From positions 150,001-182,000 of the forward strand of contig NZ_PQWO01000007.1 of NCBI RefSeq assembly GCF_003231495.1: 32,000 bases of DNA, read 5' to 3'. Shown here piece after piece: positions 24,572-32,000 of the stretch. Positions within the stretch are counted from its first letter, which is position 1; every line of letters begins with the position of its first letter. The stretch is from Acaryochloris thomasi RCC1774. GTDB lineage: Bacteria > Cyanobacteriota > Cyanobacteriia > Thermosynechococcales > Thermosynechococcaceae. Below the pieces are notes generated by a model that did not search any database, was not told where the DNA came from, and saw nothing but the letters and a program-made list of their open reading frames with translations. Position numbers and translations under genes: made by a program.

Positions 24572-26191
24572 ATGGCGTCGCAGGCAGATCCCAACCTTGG
24601 TCAACTTCTTCTCAATCGATATCGACTCGCTAAGTTGGTGGGGCAAGGCTCGATGGGTAGAGTCTATCTGGCTGAAGATCAAACATTGGATGGTGTTCCA
24701 GTGGCTGCAAAATTCCTGTCCCAGGCATTACTGAGCGAGAAGATGAAAACTCGGTTTGCTCAAGAAGCCCGAACTGGAGCTAAGCTGGGTCACCGTAGTA
24801 ACCATATTGTCCGCGTGATTGATTACGGCGTTAATCATGCTGACGTTCCGTTCTACATCATGGAGTACATGGAGTCTGGTGGTAGTCTTAGCGATTTGAT
24901 TGCGACCAAGCCGCTGGTGCTCGATCGGTTCCTCAACTTGATGCGTCAGGTTTGTCTGGGTCTTCAGGCTGCCCACGCGGGAATCAAACTCGATGGTCAG
25001 CTCTATCAGGTTGTCCATCGGGATATTAAACCGAGTAATGTGTTCATCATTCCAGATCCAGCTTTGGGAGAACTGGCTAAGGTGCTGGATTTTGGAATTG
25101 CCCAGTTTCTGTCGGACGGGATCGAAGGAACCCAGAACCGCTCATTTATGGGGACACTAGCCTATGCCTCTCCTGAGCAAATTGAGGGACAAGATATTGA
25201 CGGGCGTTCTGATATCTATAGCTTAGGTATCACAATGTTTGAGGTGCTAACAGGAAGAATGCCTGTTGAACCCGCCACGAACTCCATTGGTAGCTGGTAT
25301 AAAGCTCACCGTTCTCAATCTCCACGAAAGTTTTCAGAGGTTGCACCTCATCTGCAGCTGCCGGAGACTTTGGTTGATTTGATTATGGGTTGCTTGGAAA
25401 AGGGACCTGCTAATCGCCCCCAAAATATGGCTGAAATCTTAGATGTTCTTCAGCTTCTGGATCATCCTACTCCTGTAGATCCCTCTCCGGTACGTGAGCC
25501 ACGGGTTGAACCAGCCTTGCCAAATCAGCAGACTCCTGAGCCAGTTCTTGAGCCAGTCCCTGAGCCAGCAGCCAAAGAAAAATCCGCTCACGGGCCAGCA
25601 ACTCCCAATCCGCAACAGCTCATTTGGTCAATTGAGGGCGCTGGCTGGGATGTGCAGTGGCCTGCTGATAAGCCGATTAAAGACATTGTGTTCCCGAGTG
25701 TACTGGAGTCTGAGCACCAAGAGGCGATCGGGCTCTGGATGATGTTGTCAAGGAATGAGATTCAGCAGCGTCTTTTGAATGCTCGCTATAACCAGTTTTT
25801 GTGTACGATGCAGCCCCATCCCATGATTCTGTGGATTACGACGCTTTATGATCGTAGCCTTGGTGCGCGTTGGCTGCCTTGTTACCTAGATCTGAAGCAT
25901 GCACGAGGGCGAAAGATTGCCAATTTACTGAGTCAGACAGGTTACTATCCGGTACTCTTTTTTGCTCGTGAAGATCCTGAACAGCCTGCAAATGTCCGTA
26001 CGTTTTCGATTGCGCCGGATCAGCGCGTGAGGTTCCAAGAGTGGTTGCAACAGTCTAAACATGCTCTTTCGGTAGATTCCTCGATGACGAGCAAGCGGCT
26101 TCTAAAGGCTGAATTAGAAAAAAATAAGCCTAAAATTCTGCGGAAGCTGCAGCTATCGCAAGGTCAGAGTATTGCGAGTTTATTCTCTTGA
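24572..26191 (+). CDS. Hanks-type Ser/Thr protein kinase with Pro-rich linker and uncharacterised C-terminal domain
   Basis: 539 aa. Motifs seen: GQGSMGRVY, AAKFL, HRDIKPSNV, DFG and ASPEQ. A PEP-repeat linker follows (PEPVLEPVPEPA), then about 190 aa that I cannot assign to a family. No TM helix. Confidence 0.9.
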   Translation: MASQADPNLGQLLLNRYRLAKLVGQGSMGRVYLAEDQTLDGVPVAAKFLSQALLSEKMKTRFAQEARTGAKLGHRSNHIVRVIDYGVNHADVPFYIMEYMESGGSLSDLIATKPLVLDRFLNLMRQVCLGLQAAHAGIKLDGQLYQVVHRDIKPSNVFIIPDPALGELAKVLDFGIAQFLSDGIEGTQNRSFMGTLAYASPEQIEGQDIDGRSDIYSLGITMFEVLTGRMPVEPATNSIGSWYKAHRSQSPRKFSEVAPHLQLPETLVDLIMGCLEKGPANRPQNMAEILDVLQLLDHPTPVDPSPVREPRVEPALPNQQTPEPVLEPVPEPAAKEKSAHGPATPNPQQLIWSIEGAGWDVQWPADKPIKDIVFPSVLESEHQEAIGLWMMLSRNEIQQRLLNARYNQFLCTMQPHPMILWITTLYDRSLGARWLPCYLDLKHARGRKIANLLSQTGYYPVLFFAREDPEQPANVRTFSIAPDQRVRFQEWLQQSKHALSVDSSMTSKRLLKAELEKNKPKILRKLQLSQGQSIASLFS

Positions 26192-26219
26192 GTGCAGGGG
26201 CGAAACCCCAATTTTGAGG

Positions 26220-27101
26220 CTATGACTTTGAAGGCGGTACAAACAGGATCGGATGCCAACTTCGGCGAATCATTTCACCCGTAAAGCTGGGAATTGACAG
26301 TTCCCATAAACGACCGAAGTGCCGAGAGGATACTGCAATGGCGCTAATGTCGAACTCAAGCGCAACCTGGTTGACTTCTGCAATGGCATTGCCGGTGCGT
26401 ACCTGATAGTTAACGGTGAGATTGAGCTGTTGCAGATCTGCTTGGAGCTTTTGTAGAATCACCTGCTTATCATCAAGATGGGGCTGAAGAGATCTTTTTG
26501 CTCGTCCTGATGCCTCTACGACCCAGCAAAGCATGCAGGATTCTAGGGAATGGGGCGGACGGTTGATGGCCTGCTGTTGAATAAAAGCGATCAGTTGCTG
26601 TCCTGAAGCACTACCGTCATAGGGAATCAACAGGTAGCGAAACAGATGGCGACAGCGTAAAGAAAGCTCTTCGACTGTATACGCTGAGACTAATTGAGGT
26701 CTCAAAATGAGTAGCGGAACTGCCACAAGTTGGGCCAGCTTACAGGTCGTGCTACCAAATAGCTTCTCGTTGAGCAGGCTGTGGGTCGACATGCCTACCA
26801 TCAATAGATCGCTATCGTATTTATCGATTGCTTTAACAATTGCTTCTGAGGGTTTGCCTGCGGTGACCTCAATGTTGACTGTTATGGAGTCTAGATGTGT
26901 TTCTAGAGCAGGTGCTAGCCGCTGACGAGCCTCGGACAGTTTTGTCTCGTCAACACGGGGAATGCTGCGGTCCTCTTTGAGGGGAACGCAGTGCAGAAAG
27001 GTAATCTGCTGCAGGCCCGTCTGCGCAAGGTCAGGGATAAACTGAACCAGGCGTTGAAGGCCATCAGAAAAATCTGTTGCAATGAGAAGCCGATGAAACA
27101 T
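26220..27101 (-). CDS. tandem universal stress protein (2 x Usp domain)
   Basis: 293 aa. There are two Usp-like halves (LLIATDFSDG...DLLMVGMSTHS...VPLLILRP and YLLIPYDGSASG...AIAVSSRHFG...PILFVP). Confidence 0.8.
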   Translation of the reverse strand: MFHRLLIATDFSDGLQRLVQFIPDLAQTGLQQITFLHCVPLKEDRSIPRVDETKLSEARQRLAPALETHLDSITVNIEVTAGKPSEAIVKAIDKYDSDLLMVGMSTHSLLNEKLFGSTTCKLAQLVAVPLLILRPQLVSAYTVEELSLRCRHLFRYLLIPYDGSASGQQLIAFIQQQAINRPPHSLESCMLCWVVEASGRAKRSLQPHLDDKQVILQKLQADLQQLNLTVNYQVRTGNAIAEVNQVALEFDISAIAVSSRHFGRLWELSIPSFTGEMIRRSWHPILFVPPSKS

Positions 27102-27203
27102 AGGGTAGACGAGTGATGCGGGAGTGTATCTTCATTATGCGGTGTTGGCTGACCGAATTGACTCAGTGCTAATTGATAAAGAGCCGTTTTAGAACTACCA
27201 GAT

Positions 27204-28247
27204 TTGCTTATGTCTCAGCTCCTTTCTTTTTGGCGACGCATCTCGGGACGGGTTTATCTGGGGATCGCCGTTTTGCTGTTTGGCTCTGCTAGTGCTGTGA
27301 CCCGAAGGCTAATGCAGGTTGGTGCTCTGCACAGCATTGATGGGCGCAATCCGCTCTCGTTCTGTAATGTTTTGCTGGTGGGTAATCTCTGTGCGCTGCT
27401 GGTCTTGTGTTTGGTCTATGGTCGCCCCCAGCTTTTGACTTCATTCCAGCGACTTTCGGGACGAGACTATCTGGCTCTATTGAGTGTTGCCTTGCTGGCC
27501 GGAGCGCTCGCCCCATCTCTCTTTTTCATTGCTTTGGAGCAAACTAATGTTAACAACGTTATTCTCATTGGCCGCATCGAGCCGCCTTTGACGCTGGCTC
27601 TTGCCGTGGTTTTTTTAAAGGAGCGAACGAATATTTGGATTGTTGGGGGGGGCGCTTTAGCTTTTGTCGGCGTTTTGCTCACGATTATTCTGCAGGCCCA
27701 CGGTGCGGAAGAGGTGATGGTAAGTATGGGTCGCTTTGAGATCGGTCGTGGAGAACTGTGGACGCTGATGGGTGCGATCGCAACTGCCATTGCCACCGTC
27801 ATCAGTCAAATTGGCCTGCGTCAGGTACCCCTAGGTTTGTTTGCAATCGTCCGTACTGCGGTCGGCTCTGCTATTTTCTTTCTGATCGTGCTTCAATTTT
27901 TTGGGGTCAACCACTTTGCTGATATTCTTACCCCTTCTGTTTGGCAGTGGATGCTGATCTATGGAGCCGTTATTGTTGCCGGCGGACAGCTTTGCTGGTT
28001 CCAAGGTCTCAAAACGACCAGCGCTGCGGAAGTGTCTCTTGCCAGTGCCTTCGGACCAATCGCAGGCTTCCTGGCAGCCTACTTTATTCTTGGGGAGCCT
28101 CCGACCGTGGCTCAATGGATTGGAGGTCTTGTACTTATGGCAGGGATTGCTCTCAATCAATTGGGTGTTTCTCGACAGATTGCGAAGCAGAAAACCAGCG
28201 TAGGGTTACAGGAGCTGGACCTCGAAGTTGGGTTTAAAGGTATTTAG
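27204..28247 (+). CDS. EamA/DMT-superfamily transporter
   Basis: 347 aa, with about 10 predicted TM helices in two homologous halves typical of EamA. The track start is TTG, and ATG at 27210 is more likely. Confidence 0.85.
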   Translation: MLMSQLLSFWRRISGRVYLGIAVLLFGSASAVTRRLMQVGALHSIDGRNPLSFCNVLLVGNLCALLVLCLVYGRPQLLTSFQRLSGRDYLALLSVALLAGALAPSLFFIALEQTNVNNVILIGRIEPPLTLALAVVFLKERTNIWIVGGGALAFVGVLLTIILQAHGAEEVMVSMGRFEIGRGELWTLMGAIATAIATVISQIGLRQVPLGLFAIVRTAVGSAIFFLIVLQFFGVNHFADILTPSVWQWMLIYGAVIVAGGQLCWFQGLKTTSAAEVSLASAFGPIAGFLAAYFILGEPPTVAQWIGGLVLMAGIALNQLGVSRQIAKQKTSVGLQELDLEVGFKGI

Positions 28248-28589
28248 CACAACGATCAGGGTACTTTAGAGATAGTCGGCATGAGATTGTATCGCATTGT
28301 GTGCAATCAGAGGCAATTTGTATCTGTTTCCGTACAAGCACGGTGTGCGCTAAGCCTTAACAAATACTACACTTAAGTCAACATTCGTTTGTCTTTATTG
28401 TGTAAGCACCTATCTAATTGGGCTGCCGATTGTCCGTTCTAGCTCCTCGTTCTTGGCTGGAAAAAGCAAGTATTGAAAGCTTCACTGCTTGCACCCCCAA
28501 GTCTTTAGCGAGGTTACTGGTTGATATCTATGGCCTGCAAGCCGTCATGCTAGGACCGACTGTAGACACCCTGAAGATCGTCTCTCATT

Positions 28590-30515
28590 ATGAGTTCAGC
28601 GCAATCTATCACTAGCCTCCCGCAGGAGATGAAAGCTTTGGCCAGTAAAGGTCTAGTGCTGATTGTTGACGATACTCCTAACAATATTCAAATTCTTTCT
28701 GAAGCACTGATCCAGCAGGGATATCAAGTGCGAGGTGCCGTCAACGGTTCTATGAGCCTGATCAGTGTCAAGCATCTGAGGCCGGACGTAATCTTGCTGG
28801 ATATCAAAATGTCCGATATGGACGGCTACGAAGTCTGCCGTCAGCTCAAGTCTGACCCTGAGACGGCGAGTATCCCAGTGATTTTTATCAGTGCGCTGGA
28901 TGATGCCTTAAACAAGGTGAAGGCCTTTGCCGTGGGGGGCGTTGATTACGTCACGAAGCCCTTTCAGTTTCCTGAGGTGCTCGCTCGAATTGAAAATCAG
29001 TTGACCATTGGCCGACTACAGGATGACTTGCAGAGTCAAAATCTGCGCTTGCAGCAAGAAGTGCGAGAGCGCATCGCGGTGGAAGCACAGGTGCATCGCT
29101 TAAATGCAGAGCTTGAAGAACGTGTGAAGCAGCGAACGCTGCAGCTCGAACAAGAAATTGTTGAACGGGAGCAAGCTCAGGAGCAGTTACGGTATCGAGC
29201 GATGCATGATCCGCTCACGCGCCTGCCCAACCGGACATTGCTGATGCAGTGTTTAGAGGAGGCGATCGATAAAACGCAGCAGTCCTCTGGCTTTGCCTTT
29301 GCGGTTCTCTTTTTGGATTGCGATCGCTTCAAAATTGTCAATGATTCCCTTGGACACTTTGTGGGTGATCAGTTTCTAATTGCCATTGCTGAGCGTCTTC
29401 AGTGTTGTTTGCCACCGGAGACTACCTTGGCCCGTCTCGGAGGCGATGAGTTTACGGTTCTCCTTGACGATCTCAGCCAGCTATCTGAGGCAACGGCAGT
29501 GGCCCAAACCATTCAAGCTGCTTTGAGCGCGCCTTTCCAGATTGACGGTCACGAATTTTTTATCACGGCCAGCATTGGTATCGTGCATAGCTGCTGGGGT
29601 TATCTGACCCCCGTCGATATTCTTAGAGATGCCGACACCGCTATGTATCGGGCTAAAGCACAGGGGCGTAACGGTAGCCGCTATCAGGTTTTTGATCCGA
29701 GTATGCATGCCGATGCCCAGACGAGTCTGCTACTGGATACCGATTTGCACCGGGCTATCGAGCGCCAAGAGTTTTTCCTGCATTACCAGCCCATTGTTTC
29801 GTTAGCTACTGGAGAAATTCAAGGATTTGAAGCGTTAGTGCGCTGGCAGCATCCTGAACGGGGTCCGGTTTCGCCGGGGGACTTCATCCCTGTTGCGGAA
29901 GAGACGGGTTTGATTGTTCCCATTGGCCAGTGGGTTTTTCGTGAAGCCTGCCGTCAGTTGAAGACCTGGCAGCATCAAAAGCTGCTGCGTGGACCGATGT
30001 ATATCTGTATAAATTTGTCAGTCAAACAATTCTCACAGCCTGATTTAATCGAGCAGATTGATCAGGTTTTGCAGGAGACAGGACTTGAGGGGCGCTACCT
30101 AAAGCTAGAAATCACAGAAAGCGCGATCATGAATAATTCGACCTCTGCCGCTGAAATTCTAGAACGGTTAAGCGATCGCAACATTCAGCTCAGTATTGAT
30201 GACTTTGGCACCGGCTATTCTTCCTTGAGCTATCTTCATTATTTCCCCGTTGATACCCTCAAGGTCGATCGTTCTTTTATTAACAGCATGGCGCAGACCC
30301 ATAAAACCCCTGCAATTGTGCAAGCCATCATCACCCTCGCCCATAATTTGGGGATGGACGTCGTTGCGGAAGGAATTGAAACACCTGAGCAACGCCATCG
30401 CTTGGCAGAGCTAGGTTGTCAATATGGTCAGGGCTATTTATTCTCGAAGCCCGTTGACACTCAAGCCGTTGTTGGGATGCTTAGCCATCGGGATCAGATT
30501 TTGCTTGGTTCTTAA
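28590..30515 (+). CDS. response-regulator receiver / coiled coil / GGDEF / EAL protein (c-di-GMP turnover)
   Basis: 641 aa. The REC domain has LIVDDTP...ILLDIKMSDMDG...TKPF. A coiled coil follows. The GGDEF motif is intact (RLGGDEFTVLL). The EAL domain is intact (GFEALVRW, KLEITES, DDFGTGYSS, LKVDRSF, AEGIET, GQGYLFSKP). Confidence 0.93.
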   Translation: MSSAQSITSLPQEMKALASKGLVLIVDDTPNNIQILSEALIQQGYQVRGAVNGSMSLISVKHLRPDVILLDIKMSDMDGYEVCRQLKSDPETASIPVIFISALDDALNKVKAFAVGGVDYVTKPFQFPEVLARIENQLTIGRLQDDLQSQNLRLQQEVRERIAVEAQVHRLNAELEERVKQRTLQLEQEIVEREQAQEQLRYRAMHDPLTRLPNRTLLMQCLEEAIDKTQQSSGFAFAVLFLDCDRFKIVNDSLGHFVGDQFLIAIAERLQCCLPPETTLARLGGDEFTVLLDDLSQLSEATAVAQTIQAALSAPFQIDGHEFFITASIGIVHSCWGYLTPVDILRDADTAMYRAKAQGRNGSRYQVFDPSMHADAQTSLLLDTDLHRAIERQEFFLHYQPIVSLATGEIQGFEALVRWQHPERGPVSPGDFIPVAEETGLIVPIGQWVFREACRQLKTWQHQKLLRGPMYICINLSVKQFSQPDLIEQIDQVLQETGLEGRYLKLEITESAIMNNSTSAAEILERLSDRNIQLSIDDFGTGYSSLSYLHYFPVDTLKVDRSFINSMAQTHKTPAIVQAIITLAHNLGMDVVAEGIETPEQRHRLAELGCQYGQGYLFSKPVDTQAVVGMLSHRDQILLGS

Positions 30516-30623
30516 ACCATGACTCTCTTCGTCAGTATTCGACGTACTTGCAGTCAGAAAATTGTGGTACCTATAGATTTGAGCGGTTCTTAGATCCGCT
30601 GCCCTAATCAAACCCCTCAACCT

Positions 30624-31733
30624 ATGACATCTGACACCTCCATTGGTATTGCTGTTGTCGGCACTGGCTTCGGTCAAAAAGTGCATATTCCAGCCTTTCA
30701 AGATGCTGCAGCCACTGAAGTCGTGGCCGTCTACAACCGCGATCGTTCCAAGGCTCAGCAGGTTGCTGCTGCTCATCAGATTGACAATGCGGCTGACTCC
30801 CTCGAGGAAATTGTCAGTCTGCCGGGTGTGCAAGGTGTGAGTCTTTCTACGCCTCCCTTCTTGCACTATGAGATGGCCCAAAAGATTCTTAAGGCCGGGA
30901 AGCATCTGTTTCTAGAGAAGCCCACCACACTCACCGCATCTGAGGCTAAGTCTCTGCATGTTCTGGCGCAGCAACATCAGGTACAGGCAACCTTGAACTT
31001 TGAATTTAGATTTGTCCCTGCCTGGATGCATCTGAAGCACCTTTTAGACCAGACCTACGTCGGGCAAACGCGGCTGATTAAGGTTGATTGGCTTGTAGGT
31101 GGACGGGCGGATCCCCAGCGTCCCTGGAGCTGGCATGCAAGCAAAGAACTGGGTGGCGGCTCTCTAGGGGCTTTGGGTTCTCACACCTTCGACTACATTG
31201 CCTGGTTATTTGGCTCTGTTAAGCGTCTATCGGCGCAGCTGATCACCTCTATTCAGCAGAGACCTGACCCCCAGACTGGGCGGGCAAAGTCGGTGGATGC
31301 TGACGATACCTGCGTTCTGATGCTGGAGCTGATGAGTGGCACGATCTGCCAAGTGAATATCAGCGCGACTGCCTATGCCGGACGGGGGCACTGGGTTGAG
31401 GTCTATGGCGATCGCGGCACCTTGGTGCTGGGCATGAATACCCCCAACGATTATGTTCACGGTTTTGAGCTTCAGGGCAGCCAAAGCGGTGCGCCACTGG
31501 AGACGATTGAGATTCCTGATTTTCTGGAGTTTCAGCAAACCTATGATGATGGCCGTATTGCCCCCACTAAACGGGTGATCGATCACTGGGCTGAGATGAT
31601 TCAAACGGGTAAGGAAACGGCTCCCTCTCTGCGAGAGGGAGTTTATTCGCAGTTGTTAATGGACTTAGCCCATCAATCTCATCAACAGCAGTGCTGGGTC
31701 GATGTCCCGGTGCTGGAGACCTTCCTGGCGTAG
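30624..31733 (+). CDS. Gfo/Idh/MocA-family NAD(P)-dependent oxidoreductase
   Basis: 369 aa. It has an N-terminal Rossmann motif IGIAVVGTGFGQKVHIPAF and the EKP motif (HLFLEKP). Confidence 0.9.
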   Translation: MTSDTSIGIAVVGTGFGQKVHIPAFQDAAATEVVAVYNRDRSKAQQVAAAHQIDNAADSLEEIVSLPGVQGVSLSTPPFLHYEMAQKILKAGKHLFLEKPTTLTASEAKSLHVLAQQHQVQATLNFEFRFVPAWMHLKHLLDQTYVGQTRLIKVDWLVGGRADPQRPWSWHASKELGGGSLGALGSHTFDYIAWLFGSVKRLSAQLITSIQQRPDPQTGRAKSVDADDTCVLMLELMSGTICQVNISATAYAGRGHWVEVYGDRGTLVLGMNTPNDYVHGFELQGSQSGAPLETIEIPDFLEFQQTYDDGRIAPTKRVIDHWAEMIQTGKETAPSLREGVYSQLLMDLAHQSHQQQCWVDVPVLETFLA

Positions 31734-31825
31734 TCTTGTGGTTCTCTGGAGCCGTTAATGGATGGCGTTGGGCCCACTGAGGGCAGACTAAGACAGAGTA
31801 TTGCCCTACCGTTTGAAGACTACCC

Positions 31826-32000
31826 ATGAGCACTGCACTGCGCCAAAGATTCCAGCAATTGAGGTTTCCTAAAACTTCGTCTCATGCTGTGGCGCTTGTG
31901 GAGGACTCCGTGGCGCTGCGCGTCAGCGTGCAGGCTTTGGTGTCGGTTGGTATCCTGGCGACGGATATGGCTGCCGCTACAGGGAACGGGCTATGGGCCA
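31826..32000 (+). CDS. 5' end of a CDS running off the window (possibly a DUF3488/transglutaminase-like membrane protein)
   Basis: ATG at 31826 is open to the window end: MSTALRQRFQQLRFPKTSSHAVALVEDSVALRVSVQALVSVGILATDMAAATGNGLWA. The (E/D)SxALRxxVQALVxVGIxATD pattern resembles the N-termini of cyanobacterial transglutaminase-domain proteins, from memory only. Confidence 0.4.
   Translation, partial: MSTALRQRFQQLRFPKTSSHAVALVEDSVALRVSVQALVSVGILATDMAAATGNGLWA

Noticed and set aside
28418-28615. 65-aa ORF upstream of and overlapping the REC-GGDEF-EAL gene
   Set aside because: It has a non-ATG start, overlaps the downstream start codon in another frame and has no recognisable features.
1-32000. 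Mobile elements, prophage, CRISPR arrays, canonical defence or toxin-antitoxin cassettes
   Set aside because: I recognised no transposase, integrase, Cas, restriction-modification or TA-family sequences in any frame. I also saw no direct-repeat/spacer array or terminal inverted repeats bracketing a block.

Overview
This is a cyanobacterial chromosomal segment. It carries photosystem genes and at least 16 copies, counted by eye, of the cyanobacterial HIP1 octamer GCGATCGC. It is mostly housekeeping and gene-dense. I saw no rRNA, tRNA, CRISPR array, transposase or integrase.

Genes I recognise:
- hemC, with a PfkB sugar kinase 3 nt downstream
- an orphan ShlB/FhaC-type outer-membrane transporter
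- ispH
- a secreted pentapeptide-repeat protein
- an aromatic-amino-acid-type permease
- the conserved PSII block rubA-ycf48-psbE-psbF-psbL-psbJ. psbF, psbL and psbJ are absent from the ORF track and were found by hand translation.
- a convergent psaI, also found by hand, that shares a bidirectional terminator with psbJ
- bioD, thrC and cobI
- an orphan ABC ATPase
- two Hanks-type Ser/Thr kinases flanking a PadR (Pex-like) regulator
- a tandem-USP protein, an EamA/DMT transporter, a REC-GGDEF-EAL protein and a Gfo/Idh/MocA oxidoreductase

The least ordinary region sits at the window centre, about 14.5-20.3 kb. An archaeal-type XPB/Rad25 SF2 helicase and a DUF790 (Bax1-type) nuclease are both present but not adjacent. 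They are the distal genes of two divergent gene strings that leave one 153-bp control region: Nudix-DUF29-helicase on the minus strand and HAD-TPM/Psb32-like-DUF790 on the plus strand. This is my best candidate for an uncharacterised helicase/nuclease module, but the link is inferred from gene order only.

Smaller observations:
- a promoter- and terminator-bounded structured intergenic element, a candidate sRNA, at about 14.2-14.4 kb
- several strong palindromes and hairpins
- an 8.6-kb HIP1-free stretch
- a few small or odd ORFs

All functional calls rest on motif and family recognition by eye. No database search was run.
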